64,000 bases of DNA from the human T2T-CHM13v2.0 reference genome, Homo sapiens: NCBI RefSeq assembly GCF_009914755.1, contig NC_060939.1; one strand, written 5' to 3'. Within the stretch, counting starts at the first letter, position 1. Each line of letters starts with the position of its first letter. A model generated the notes under the pieces. The model was given only the letters and a program-made list of their open reading frames with translations. It was not told the origin of the DNA and did not search any database. The position numbers and the translations under genes are program-made. Shown here in pieces: positions 17,133-39,027 of this stretch.

Positions 17133-17625
17133 AGTGAGCATAGAGTAGCTCCTTGTGCAGATATTTAACCTTTTTGTTTGTTTGTTTGTTTTCTGTAGCT
17201 TTCTGCATAACTCAGCTTTCAGCTTAATTTTTTCCTTCTGGCACAGTGAATTGGGGTCCCAAGTTTTTATTTTCTGATCACACCATAATGTCAGGCCTTT
17301 ATTGATGCTGTTTCCATCACAAAAGCCACGAGCTACAGGGAGTTCCCAAGGAGGCAGTACTTGCCGTTCACTTGGAAGTCAGAGCCGCAGGCACACAGGC
17401 TCAAGCCATTCCACAAGTCCATCAATATTGCAAACGATACATAATAGTATACTTAATATAGAAATGTTATAGGTTAAACAGGCCACAACAAACAAAGTCA
17501 TATTTAACATCAAGAGGAAAAAGAGAAAGGAGAAAAGGTTAACAAACCAGTCTAGGGGGAGCGAAGTAGAGTGAAGAGTCCTGGTCTGGGCCAGGCCATC
17601 AGTCAGTCTTGCAAGAAACAGTTTT

Positions 17626-17967
<342 letters not shown>

Positions 17968-17998
17968 TCATGATAAGTGTCAGTCAAGACACTGGTGT

Positions 17999-18618
17999 TG
18001 ACACAGGAGATAGAAATTATTTAGGCAGATAGGGCAAAAGAGTCCTTGGCAGAACTCCTCTCCTAACAAAAAGCAGCCCAAGAAATTATTATTTTTTTTC
18101 CCTAACAAAGAGCAGCCTGAAAAATCAAGCTGCAAACATAAATAAGAAAGCTGGAAGCTTGCATGGGGGATTGCCAGCAGCTGCACCAATAGAAAAGGGC
18201 TACCTGGGGGCCAAGCATGTCCACCGTGGAAGCTCCACCTTCCCGTTTTTTGTCAGCATGTATACAGTAAGAAAGAAATGGGCAACATGGCGCAGCTCAG
18301 GCAGGGAACCCACCTGCATAATAAAAGACTGGGTGGGGGCTGCCAGAGATTCACACCCTATGCAGGTGGGTGGCAGATGTAGGACACTTGGTCCCAACCA
18401 GTTTTTCATGCCCTATGTAGATCAGACACCACCTTCCCACTAGCTCATCTATAACCCCCCCTGCATTTCACCATGGATCAGCAACCCATTTTTTCAGGAC
18501 ACCTCTCTGTAGTAGAAAGCTATTCTCTTTCTTTTGCTGATTAAATTTCCACTCTTAACCCCTCACTCTTTGTGTGTCCGCATCCTTGATCTCTGTGGCC
18601 ATGAGACAAGGAACCTCA
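17999..18618 (+). mobile_element. MER61-like LTR, 3' end lost at an Alu junction
   Basis: Starts TGACACAGGAGATAGAAATTATTTAGGCAGATAG, similar to the reverse complement of 2748-3374. Confidence 0.62.
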
Positions 18619-18822
18619 GGTTCAAGCAATTGTCCTGCCTCAGCTTCCTGAGTAGCTGGGATTACAGGTATGCACCACCATGCCTGGCCAATTTTTGTAT
18701 TTTTAGTAGAGGCGAGGTTTCACCATGTTGGCCAGGCTGGTCTCCAACTCCTGACCTCGTGATTCATCCGCCTCAGCCTCCCAAAGTGCTGAGATTACAG
18801 GTGTGAGCCACCGTGCCCAGCC
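18617..18822 (-). mobile_element. Partial Alu (tail end missing)
   Basis: Starts abruptly at caggttcaagc. Confidence 0.85.
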
Positions 18823-19050
18823 AGGCCTGCTCTTTTAGAGTCACAGAGTTCTCTGGTGACAACTGACAGTTGGAAGAGTTGTGCTTGTTTGTGTCTTTAT
18901 CTGGTTGGATGCAGCCTTTATCTTTTTTTTTTTCTGCTTATTAAGCAAAATATCTTATCCTTGTTGGCAAAGTGCCCTGTGAAATATAAAATGGAGTCTT
19001 TTTCTAAGATGGAGTTAGTTGGGTCAAGGGTGCTGTACACAGATTATATC

Positions 19051-19101
<51 letters not shown>
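19051..19101. repeat. (ATT)n microsatellite, Alu tail-derived
   Basis: About 16 perfect ATT units. Confidence 0.95.
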
Positions 19102-19220
19102 TTTAGAGACAGGGTCTCCCTAAGTTGTGCAGACTGGTCTTTAACTCCTGTGCTCAAATGATCCTCCTGCCTCAGGCTCCTGAGTAGCTGGGACTACAGG
19201 CATGAGCCACTGCCCCTGGC
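19102..19220 (-). mobile_element. Alu monomer (FLAM-like)
   Basis: Monomer with (ATT)n tail. Confidence 0.75.
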
Positions 19221-20011
19221 TATCTAGTTCTATTTTTGATCTGAACTTCTACTATTTTAACCATGTGATTCTTTTGCCAAAACAACAAGGGAGAGAGAGA
19301 TATCAGAGCCTGGGGCTTCTGCAGAGTGGCCCTCCTCTCTGCCAGCACATCTGCCCACACCACCTCCTGCACACAGATGTTTACAGTCGCCAGAAACCAC
19401 AGCACTTCCGCCTGCTTCAGACAGTGTGGCCAGCTCATCCCACTGACCTCTTGCTTTGTTTATTAGAGAAAAAAAGCAAACGCCTGACTACCACCAAAAA
19501 ACCCTACCACCAAGGTCCCAGACAGGCTGAACCCATAACCTCAGGGAGGGAGGGCAGCCTGAGGTGAGGGGAATCCCAGTGGCCTGAGGAGGGCTTGGCC
19601 ACCCCCTGACCCCGGCAGGAGCACCGTGAATGAACTGAAAAGGGGGGCCCTGTACCCCAGCGCTGACCTTTTCATCCCAGTGCCTGGTCTTCTACCACGG
19701 ACTCCACGGTGTAAAATGACTTTCTTTCTTGTCAGCTGCATTTATGAAATAATGCTGCTAAAAAGGCCAGTTATAGTTGTGAAAAGAAAGTTGACCAGGT
19801 GTGGGCGATTGGATTAGATTCTGGTTTCTGTCATCCGCTGCCCCGCTTCCTAGAAGCAGACTGTTTATCCCCACCAGCCATGAGATGTGTGGTGCCTCCC
19901 GGGGAAAGAGTGTGCCTTTCCTGCCCTGTCAGGCCTGGCCACATGAGTGATTATGGCCCATGAAACATGGTGGAGGTGACACAGGCCAGCTCCGAGCAGA
20001 GGCTCTAAGCA

Positions 20012-20767
<756 letters not shown>

Positions 20768-21467
20768 AGCGCCATTGCGTTGCTTCCTGCAGCTGTCCTG
20801 CTCTCTGCCTCGGGGATACCTAGTTCCAGACTGGGGCTCCTCCTTCACCTTGAGTCCTGGAATGAGAGGTCACAGGGGCAGAGCTGCAGCCACCAACATA
20901 TAACGTGAGAGCAAGCAACAAGCCATTGTTGTTAGAAGCCATGAGATTTGGGAGTTGTTACCTCCTCAAGGTTGTAGCACTGACTCCTGCTGATGTCCAG
21001 CGTGCAGACTTACCCTAAACATTTCAGCCCTGACATCCCATGCCTTACAATAAATCTCTCTCCCTCCACCCCCCAACCTCCAGAACCAATCCAGGTGTTA
21101 CTGTATTCCCAGGCCGAGAACTATCCTTATGATCTGCAAGGCCCTGGGTCTCTGCGGCTTCTGCTGCAGGGTGCAATGGGGATGTGAGGCAGGACTCTGA
21201 GAAGCTGGGTGCCCCCAGCTGGTGCTTAGGAGCCTTACACCGCTGAGCTGGAACTCATCCCCGCGCTCCTGGCCCTCCTCTCCCTGAGCCCCATCCTCTC
21301 CTGTTTTACACAACCCCCAGCAGGCCTGTGATCCTTTGCTGATTTCTTTTCCTCTTTAAGGTTGTCCTTAAGTATGATTTATCCCAACTTCATCAATGTA
21401 AAAACAAGTGTATTGATCAAAGACTTATCAGCAGCCTTTCCCCTTTCAGGAAGTATCTATCCCTTGA

Positions 21468-21590
21468 GTCTTTTCTTTCCTTCTTTCCTTCTTCCCCCTT
21501 CCCTTCTTCCCTCCCTCCCTTCCTCCTTCCGTTCCCTCCCCTCCCCTTCCCTTCTACCTTTTCCCTTTGCCCACTCCTTCTCATCTTGTC
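21468..21590. repeat. CT-rich low-complexity tract
   Basis: About 120 nt nearly pure pyrimidine. Confidence 0.85.
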
Positions 21591-21829
21591 TCTAGTTTCC
21601 ACAAATGTGCAGACAGTGAATACAGTGGGAGAGAAAGGGCCCACTCTGGGAAGTGATTGCAAGGCACAAGGACAGGAATCAAGCCAACTGCATGGTGTGG
21701 AAGGGCAGGAACAGGTGCAGGCGCAGCAGCCCGGTCAGAGGCACGGAGGGCAGAAGCAGGGCCTGGTAGTGTTGGGGAGGCTGGTTGGGAGGTGAAGCCC
21801 TTTACTGACACAGGATATGGGGAAGAGTT

Positions 21830-22100
21830 GGTGAGCGGGTGGGAAGAAAGTTATTTGGGTTTGAGATGTTAAATTGAAGGTATCTGTGGGATGCCCATGT
21901 GGACAGGCTGAGAAGGCAGAAGGAAGTTAGGATCCACAGCTCAGGAGAGCAGTGGAGAAAGACACTGTGGTTTGGGTGGGCCTCAAAATCCCGGAGAGAG
22001 GTGAAGTTGCAGGAGTGGAAGAGAAGTGATGAGTGACAGGAGAAGTGCTGGCTCCACGCTGAGGAAATTCCAGCATTCAAAGGACTGGCAGGTAAAGAGG
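21830..22100 (-). mobile_element. L2 fragment
   Basis: 'tttgagatgttaaattgaaggtatctgtgggatgcccatgtggac' is an L2 motif. Confidence 0.55.
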
Positions 22101-22179
22101 TGCCAAAAAAGAGGAAAAAGGGGGACAGGAGGGGCAGTCCATCTCCAAGTTCCAGAGAAAGAGAAGAAAGAGACAGAAA

Positions 22180-22483
<304 letters not shown>

Positions 22484-22526
22484 GGAGAGAGAGAGAAAAG
22501 AGAGAGGATAGAAATAATAGGAAAAA

Positions 22527-22902
<376 letters not shown>

Positions 22903-23303
22903 TCAAGCAAGACAAAGAAAAGCCAAAAACAAAACTAGACACAGCCTGGTAATACTGCAGCACTCTAAGGATAATGAAAAGCTTTCTACATGTTTCTGGA
23001 GTGAGGAAAACAGGTCACCTGCAACTAGCATCAAATTTGTCATCGGCAATATTGGGTTCTAGAAGACGTCTAAGATATATATTGAAAGAGCGCCTTCCAA
23101 GTTCTCAGGGAGTTTTGATGCTATAGATGTACACCCGCGTGCATTTTCTGGGGAAAAAAAAGGTTCAAAGACATACTCCAGCAAAATAAAAAACGAATTC
23201 ACAAACAGGAAATAGTGAAATTAACTGAGGAGCACAATGTGGAAAAAAAAAAATCCCAGAATGACAGTTGTCCACAGACCAGCAAAGTTAGTGGTTCAGT
23301 TAG

Positions 23304-23791
<488 letters not shown>

Positions 23792-23796
23792 ATCTT

Positions 23797-24082
23797 CTTT
23801 TCTTTTCGAGACAGGTTTTCTCTGTGTTCCCTAGGCTGGAGTGCAGTGGTGCAATCTCGGCTCACTCCAGCCTTCACCTCGAGGGCTCAAGCCATCCTCC
23901 CTCCTTAGCCTCCCAAGTAGCTGATGGCATGTGCCACCATGCCCCGCTAATATTTGTATTTTTTGTAGAGACAAGGTTTTGCCATGTTGCCCAAGCTGGT
24001 CTCAAACTCCTGGGCTCAAGCGATCTGCCCGCCTCAGCCTCCCAAAGTGTTAGGATTACAAGTGTCAGCCACTGTACCCAGT
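23797..24082 (-). mobile_element. Alu (J-like)
   Basis: Antisense Alu. Confidence 0.88.
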
Positions 24083-24527
24083 CTATTTTTCTTAATTGAG
24101 GTATAATGTACACATGGAAAAATACTCAGATTTTAAGAGTAGCATCCAACCATTTTTATCAAATAATGTAAGTAAAATATAGCATTAACATTCATTTCAT
24201 CTGTTTCTTTTTTGTTTTGTAATGGGGCTACTAGAAAATTTTAAAATACATCTGTGGTTCATGTTGTATTTATTTTGAGATAGAAATACCCTCATTTAAC
24301 ATATACCCCTATCAAGACAAAGAATATTTCATCACCCCAGAATTTTCCTCATGTCCTTTCCCAGTCAATCCTCCTCACCCCAAAGCAATTGCTGATCTGA
24401 AAGAGGCTAATATTGAGAAACAGATGAAGTATGATAACTGGGTGGCCATTCCACCTGGATTCTTAGAATGTCTCCTTCAAGCAGCACAAGTGCAGTGCAA
24501 ATAATTACATTTAATTCCTTATGGATC

Positions 24528-24815
24528 TTTTTTTTGAGACAGAGTCTTGCTCTGTCACCCAGGCTGGAGTGCAGTGGCACGATCTGACTCACTGCAAACT
24601 CTGCTTCCTGGGTTCAAGCGATTCTCCCGCCTCATCCTGCCAAGTATCTGGGATTACAGGTGCACGCCACCACGCCCAGCTAATTTTTGTATTTTTAGTA
24701 GAGGCGGGGTTTCACTATGTTGGCCAGGCTGGTCTCGAACTCCTGACCTCAAGTGATCTGCCCTCCTCAGCCTCCCAAAGTGCTGGGATTACAGGCATGA
24801 GCAACCGCACCCGGC
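24528..24815 (-). mobile_element. Alu
   Basis: Antisense Alu. Confidence 0.9.
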
Positions 24816-24861
24816 CACTCATCACAATTTTTTGTCCTAACATTATAAACAATATTTATGG

Positions 24862-25350
24862 GTGTATTGGTTTCCTAGGACTGTTGTAACAAATTACCAC
24901 AAACATAGTGGCTTAAACTAACAACATACAATTTATTCTCTCACAGTTCTGGAGGCCAGAAGTCTGAAATCAATGTCTTGACAGGCTGCTCTTCCTCTGA
25001 AGTCCTGGGGAAGAATCCTTTCTTGCCTCTTTCAGCTTTTGGTGGCTCCAGACATTTTTTGGCTTGTGGCCACATCACTGTAATCTCTACCTCTGTGGTC
25101 ACACTGCTTTTTCCCCTTCTCTGTATCTTCTCTGTGTGTCTCTTATAAGGACAGTTGTCACTGTCTGTATTCAAGCTTCACTTGGCTAATCTAGGATAAT
25201 CTCCTCATCTTGAGATTTTAAATCAATTATATCTGCAAAGATATAATTATATCTGCAAAGACCTTTTTCCAACTAAGGTCATATTCACAGGTTCCAGAGA
25301 TTAGGTCATGGACATGTCCTTTGGGGGGCCACCATTCAGCCCACTACAGT
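24862..25350 (-). mobile_element. MLT1C-like LTR
   Basis: 'tgtattggtttcctaggactgttgtaacaaattaccacaaac...gggggccaccattcagcccactaca'. Confidence 0.8.
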
Positions 25351-25353
25351 TGG

Positions 25354-25657
25354 TTTTCTTTTTTTTTTTTTTTTGTCTGAGACAGAGTCTCGTTCTGTCA
25401 CCCAGGCTAGAGTGCAGTGACGCCATCTTGGCTCACTGCAACCTCTGCCTACCGGGTTAAAGAAATTCTCCTGCCTTAGCCTCCTGAGTAGCTGGGATTA
25501 CAGGCGTGCGCCATGCCCAGCTCATTTTTGTGTTCTTAGTAGAGACGGGGTTTCACCATTTTGGTCAGGCCGCTCTGGAACTCCTGACTTCAGATGATCT
25601 GCCTGTCTTGGCCTCCCAAAGTGTTGAGATTACAGGCATGAGCCACCACACACAGCC
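25354..25657 (-). mobile_element. Alu
   Basis: Antisense Alu. Confidence 0.9.
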
Positions 25658-25716
25658 TACAATTGGTTTTCAATTCCTAAAGCCCACATCTCAGTGGAAA
25701 CGTGAACCACGTAGGT

Positions 25717-26030
<314 letters not shown>

Positions 26031-26064
26031 CATTAAGTCATTTTAAACGTTCTAGTAGCCACAT

Positions 26065-26834
26065 TGTTACAGTAGGAAGTTGAATCAGGCATGAGTGGGG
26101 CAGGAGAGGGCTCCCCTCACCCACCAGGAATGTCAGGCAACCATCAGGTGATGGTTTGGCAGTTGTCACACTGCCTCTCTAAAAATGATATTTGGCAGCT
26201 GGTGCTAGGGAGAGGCAATTTCCTGATGGCCCACAGTTGTCACACTAAATAATTGGTCACAGGCACCAAGGAGAGGCAATTTCTCAATAGATAAAAACAC
26301 TTGAAATTCGTCATCAGCAGCTTCCAATAATTTATCCGGAATTGGGCGCGTGAGTTTAGGCATGCACATTAAGAGACAAAATGGTGGAGTATGACTTCGT
26401 GGGCATTCCACCAGAAAAGGAAAGAATGCCTCAGGTGAGCATGCATACAACTTCTAAAACACACTGTGCATGCTCACCTCCAAAGCGCAGAGAGGGCACC
26501 GTGCATGCGGGCAGCTCGCCGTATGGGAAGGATGAAGGGAAATGGGAACAAGACACTGGAAGTAGGCCAGCATATACAACCCTAAGTCAAAAGATCCAAC
26601 ATCACACTTGACCTTCACGGTGCCCATCTGGGTGTCTTCCAAGTGTGCTTTCCTTCCTTTGCTGCTGTAAAGCTTTTTAGTAAACTTCCACTCCTGCTCT
26701 GAAACTTGCCTCGGTCTCTTTTTCTGCCTTATGCCCCTCAGTCAAAACCTTTTTTCTGAGGAAGCAAGAATTAAGGTAGCTGCAGACCGATACGTATTTG
26801 CCACTGGTAACCCACATATTTGCCGCCCCTAATA
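26065..26834 (+). mobile_element. MER50-type solo LTR
   Basis: Starts TGTTACAGTAGG...GGCAGGAGAGGGCTCCCC; TSD acat at 26061-64 and 26835-38. Confidence 0.72.
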
Positions 26835-26895
26835 ACATTACAAAAGGAAAAAGAAACAGATAGAATTAATTTTAATGTAATTGATAGATAAGTAG

Positions 26896-27194
26896 GTTTT
26901 TTTTTGTTTTTTTTTGAGACTAGGTCTCTGTCCCCCAGGCTGGAGTGCAGTGGCATGATACAGCTCACTGCAGCCTCAACCTCCAAGGCTCAGGTGATCT
27001 TCTCACCTCAGCCTCTCAGGTAGCTGGGACTACAGGTGTACACCACCATCTCCAGCTAATTTTTTTGTATTTTTTTAAGAGACAGGGTTTCACCACGTTG
27101 CCCAGGCTGGTCTCACACTTCTGGCCTCAAGCGATCTTCCCATTTCAGCCTCCTAAAGTGCTGGGATTACAAGCTTGAGCCACTACGCCTGGCC
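26896..27194 (-). mobile_element. Alu (J-like)
   Basis: Antisense Alu. Confidence 0.9.
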
Positions 27195-27629
27195 TAATGT
27201 ATATTTTAATGAAACATCCAGAATATTACCATTTCAACATTTAACCAACATACGATTATTAATAAGAGAGTTTACCTTTTATATTGTTTTTAGCACTAAG
27301 TCTTTGCAATCTTGTATATTACACCTACAACACAAATCAATTCAGACTGTCCCTGTTCCAAGGGCCACACATGGCTAGTGGCTACCACGGTGGACAGAGC
27401 AAATCTAGATAATGCACAGAGTAATTTATTGCAAAGTATGTTTATATGGATGGGATAATTTATTATAGAGGATAGAATGTAAGTATTACAAACACTGACA
27501 AAGTAAAAGTAAGGATATAGTCACAGAGGTTGGGAAATGTGGGGAGATAACAGGATGAACACATTTTACATAGTAGGAAGTGAATCAACAGAAATTTAAG
27601 TATAGAATTTAGAATTATAGTGTAACCAT

Positions 27630-28498
<869 letters not shown>

Positions 28499-28626
28499 AC
28501 TAGAAGAAAACAGACAGATAACAGACACTTGGGGAGAAGACAGGTGGGAAGGGAGCTGAGAGAGCTAGCTTGAAAATTATTTACTCTGGATACAGTCAGA
28601 TGTTGATAAATCAATAAATATGAGAC

Positions 28627-29512
<886 letters not shown>

Positions 29513-29687
29513 AGACAGAAACAGTGATTTAGTGTAATACTGACAACAGAAAAGACACAAAACAGAGTGGTAAAATCACTACCTCTGGGTGGTAGGAATG
29601 GGGTTGGGAAGATGAAGCAGGAGACGTTGATGTTGCATGTTCTACTTTGTTAAACCGAGGGAATTAGTATTAAGAAATGGTGTTCAT

Positions 29688-29984
<297 letters not shown>

Positions 29985-30099
29985 GGAATGAGATTCATGG
30001 ATTATTTTTATGACGTAAATAAACATATATTATGAAGCTAGATAAAAATAAACCTATGAGACAAGGAGGGTACATAAGAGAGAAAGAAAGAATTTGTGG

Positions 30100-32860
<2,761 letters not shown>

Positions 32861-32951
32861 AAAAAGGAAGGAAGAGGTGAGAGAAAGAAAGAGTACAAAT
32901 GCATATAAAACTTGGAGGAAGAAGAGAAAGAAATTAAGGAATTACTAAACC

Positions 32952-33280
<329 letters not shown>

Positions 33281-33859
33281 TGAAGCAGACATTCACTCCA
33301 CAGACCTTATGTACTATATGCAGAACACTCAATAAATGCCTCTTGGCCCAGCTGAGGCTCAGTAGCTGATCATTCACTAAGAAGGCAGAGGGCTCTGCTG
33401 ATGCAAAAGGGATACCGGGTTCAGGATTTCAACTGGGGGAAGTTTCCATTGAGCCTTCTAAGTGCAGGGAGCCTCCTGACCTCAAGTGATCCGCAGATCT
33501 CGGCGCCCCCATAGAGTGTTGAAGCATCCCGGGCCACCATCTGTGGCCCAAAAGGTTTTTTAAGGGGCAAGAATCCTTTTCTTGGCTTCTGCAGTCAGTC
33601 TCCTTGCCAGTGACAACATCAGGGCAGCAGTGGAAAAAGACACGCTTTCAGTTGCTGGATAAAGTGTCTTCACCGTCTTGGCAAGTAAGTGCTTTTGTTA
33701 TTTTCCCACTAAGTGATTCATTCTCCTGGAGGCAACTCCTTGGGCACTTCCTGGACACCCACTCACCTGGAAACACTGAGGTCGCTCCTGTCCAAAAGGA
33801 GTGCTTCCTGTGGCTGCCTGCAGAAAAAACAGGCTCAGTGTAGGCAGAAATGGCGGCTT

Positions 33860-34250
33860 TCAGAAATACCGCATGATCTCACTCACATGAGGAATTTAAA
33901 CCAGCGGAACACAGAGACAGGAGAGGAGTGGAATGGTGGTCACCAAGGGCTGGCGTCGGGGTGGAGGGTGGAGGTGTTGGTCAAAGGATACAGAATTAGA
34001 CAGCAAGACTTAGTTCAAGGGATCTATTGTACAATCTGATGACTATAATTAATGCATTGTACACAATACTTGAAAATTGCTAGGAGAGTAGATTTTAAGC
34101 GTTCCCACAACAAATAAGTAAGTCTGTGAGGTAGTACATATGTTAACTCTCTTGACAAAGCCATTCTGCCAGGTATACATATTTCAAAACATCATGTTGT
34201 ATACCACAAATGCATACAATTTTTATTTGTCAATTTAAAAAATAAAAAGA
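33860..34250 (+). mobile_element. L1MA 3' end
   Basis: 'atgatctcactcacatgaggaat...tacttgaaaattgctaggagagtagattttaag...atttgtcaattt' plus A-tail. Confidence 0.75.
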
Positions 34251-34329
34251 AATTACTGCCTTCCTCTCTTTGCCTCCCCTTAAGGAATCCCTTCACTGCC
34301 TGAGGGACCTGTCCTAGGTGCCAGAGTGA

Positions 34330-35010
34330 GCAGGGAGGAACACAGGTGTGTCTCGGTGGCTGGAGAACCCAGCCAGGACGACGCCCAGTTTGGAACTGTA
34401 CCGAAGCTGAGCCCTGCCTTGCACGGCTGAAGCTTAGCCACAGAGGCGGAACTTCCCTGGCTTTTCCTGGAAGCGGAAGCCGTGAAATGGCCAAAGCACA
34501 AGACAGGGTGGTGCAGTTTTGCTCCCGCGCGATCACCGTTGGCCACGCGCCTCGGTCTCTATCTGTAAAAGAGATCCGCATCTCTGGTATTTGATGCTGG
34601 AGAGAAAAATGTGCGGCCTCCGCCCAACCTTGAGTTTCCTGCTCCACCGCGCCCTCTCGTGGTTAACTGGACTCACGGCTTTCTCGCCCCCAACCCCAAC
34701 CACCTAAATTGCGGTTCTCAACCTTGGCTGAGCGTGGGAATCACCCGGGGACCTGCGAAACACCGATGCCTGGGTACCGGACTCTATCCGCGCCTCCCCC
34801 TGCGAGAGATTCTGACTTAATTGGCCTGATGCAATCCGGGCGTCCCCTGGGGATCACAGTGTGCAGTCAAGGCTGGGAAACACTGACCCACCTCTGCTCT
34901 GCCAGGGATCCTGCGTTTGGCTGACGACATTTCTCTTGTCAGAGCCCACCGGACTCTGCTTTCCGGATATAAAGGATCCTTTTGCAAGTCTAAACACCTC
35001 AATGTCGGCA
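34330..35010. promoter_or_regulatory. CpG-enriched promoter/enhancer-like patch
   Basis: Locally high CpG density in non-Alu sequence; ETS-type GGAA motifs (gcggaacttcc ~34446, ggaagcggaagc ~34469); GC-box-like ctccgccc ~34618. Confidence 0.55.
34710..34885. mobile_element. MER5-family (hAT-Charlie) fragment
   Basis: 'gcggttctcaaccttggctg...aatcacccgggga...agagattctgacttaattgg...gtgcagtcaaggctgggaaacactg'. Confidence 0.65.
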
Positions 35011-35635
35011 TCACACCCTCAAGCATCCACCCTCTACTCCTGAAATACTCATGATTAATATGTGCTTTTAATTTCTATTGCTGGAGAAAATGTTTCTGAA
35101 AAATTGCACTTACATAAATAGATAAGGCATATTATTTGTATTATCTGCTGACAACATCCGTGATGTGTGCATGTGTGTGCTGCGTATGCACAGAGCTTCC
35201 TCACTATAATTTCAGGAGCTTCTCAGGGCCTTAGGTCAGAGATCCGCTAGCCGTGCCAGGGCACTCTGGCCCTAATGTTAAAAATAGACCATGGCTTTAG
35301 CCACTCCTGTCAGTATCTTGTCTCACTGCCCAGTGCTCCATTCATCAGGAGAAATTCCTGAGCTGCTGCCCAGCCAGTCAGCCAGGCCCAACTGAAATTC
35401 CCAGGGGGCCTGTGAGGGGGGTCACACGTACTCTTAGCTTCTAGGCTGGACCTCAGGACTCCTAGCAGAAGGATATCCACTGTGGCCCTGCGACCTTGTC
35501 AATCGTTTGATTCACAGCCTCTCAGTGACACTGGCACTCAATGAGATGGGCTCCTTTCATGACACGGTCACCACCATCATCACAATCTCCAGCATTTTTG
35601 GGTTCCTACTATGTGTACAGCAGTTTTCAGGAACA

Positions 35636-35934
<299 letters not shown>

Positions 35935-36204
35935 TATTTTAAAGGAACTTATAAACATTAGAAAATAGTGTCTTTGTCATCCAAAAATGTATAGTCCAGT
36001 GGGAGAGAGGGTAATAACATGGGGACATGTGAGAAAATAAAGTTCTGTTTAATTCCCTCAGACCCAATTGAGCACTGGTGTAAGAGTTGTGTAAGATATT
36101 TTAAAGATGCCTTAAAAGAGGTTAGAATCTGAGGACAATGAGAATGAGGACAAGAAACGCGAGGCAGTATGAAAATATCAGGGTCAACAATGCAAAGCAG
36201 GGGA

Positions 36205-36800
36205 AGGTAGTGCCTCTGCTAATCAGGACTCATTCTGCTGCTAATGTCAGTTCATCAACTAAAATTCACTTAAACAACAATAACAAAAAGGAATTTATTG
36301 ATTCACTGAGCCAAAGGATAGGAAGAATGTGCTGAGCTTCAGTGACAGTGGAATCCGGGACTGAATGCCAGCAAGAATTTCTCTCCCCTTTCCCATAACC
36401 CCCACCCTTCCCCTTCCTACTTCACCCACTTTCCCCAAACTCTGGGCTTCCCCCTCTCTGCAGCCTTTCTTCTCTTCCACACAGAAGGGCTTTCTATGCA
36501 CACCAGGAAATATGGCCCCAGGCAGTTCAAGATTCATAACCTTGGTCCTCTACCAAAAAGGAAAAGAAACCTTCCCTCCCAGTTCCGTTTAAAAGAAGAA
36601 CAAACCAAACAAACCAACAGAAAAGGACTTGAAGTACCCACTCTTCTGGGCAGAGTGAGATGGGGTACTTTCATTGGTCTCCCATCCAGAGCCAAACAGT
36701 AGGCGTGGGGGAGAAATGTCCCCTGAAAGAAGGGGATGATGGTTGTAGCAGACAAAACAAAGTCAGCCAGTACATGACATGGGATTGCTTTTCTGAAATG
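36205..36800. mobile_element. ERVL LTR33-like relic
   Basis: 'tcaggactcattctg...cacttaaacaac...aggaatttattgattcac'; heavily diverged. Confidence 0.4.
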
Positions 36801-36811
36801 AAGGGCCACCG

Positions 36812-37170
<359 letters not shown>

Positions 37171-37224
37171 TAACCAATTGTCAAAGGGATCCCTAACCCA
37201 AAGATAGTCTTCCAAGGGACCTCA

Positions 37225-37325
37225 GTGACCAACCAGTTCAACTCCTCCATTTTACAGAAGAGAACACTGAGCTACAGAGAATTTAGGTGATTTGCCTAAG
37301 ATGGCACAACTATGATGGGATTCTG
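37225..37325 (-). mobile_element. MIR fragment
   Basis: 'ccattttacagaagagaacactgagctacagaga...gtgatttgcctaagatggcacaac'. Confidence 0.65.
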
Positions 37326-37388
37326 CATTTGACTGGATGTAAGTGGGGGAAGAGGTATGTGAGAAGAAAGAGTCAAAACCTGGTCTGA

Positions 37389-38073
<685 letters not shown>

Positions 38074-38164
38074 TAGAGTCCCATAGAAAGAGAATATAGG
38101 GGGGAAATAAAGCATAGAAAGAGGTGAGGCTGGTTTAAAAAGAAAAAAATAAAAAAGCTAAAGT

Positions 38165-38340
38165 CAACAAGGGCTGCTGTGGTAAATTCCAAGGCTCCAC
38201 TAGTGTTTATAATCTTGGAAGAATTTTGGAGAATGGGTGAGGCCCCACCTGACTGGAAATGGGCAAATGTTGTTCTAATTTTCTAAAAGAGGAACAAGCA
38301 GTTTCCAAGAATTGCAGGCTGGTGAACTAGACAAGGCTCT
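38165..38340 (+). mobile_element. CR1/L3 LINE RT fragment
   Basis: Translates to [22 protein letters not shown] (cf. CR1 PEDWKRANVVPIFKKG..GNYRPVSLT). Confidence 0.7.
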
Positions 38341-38637
38341 AGTATGGGCTTACTAAGGACGGGCTGTGCCAAATGGGCGTTTTTACCATATTTGAGAAAG
38401 TTCTTAGCCTGGCAGGTTACTCAAGGGAATACTCCAGACTCCAAGACTTCTGGCTTGTTAAATCTGAAAAAAACCTTTAGGGATTAAAAAACCAGGGATG
38501 GCAAACTGGTGACTCCAGCTGAATTCAACCCTCAGATATTTAAATGAATAAAATTTCCCATCAAATCAGCCTTTCTGGCTTCATGATGGCACTGACCTTC
38601 CTTCCTGCCCAGCAGTGGGTATCACTGCCCTCAATAG

Positions 38638-39027
<390 letters not shown>

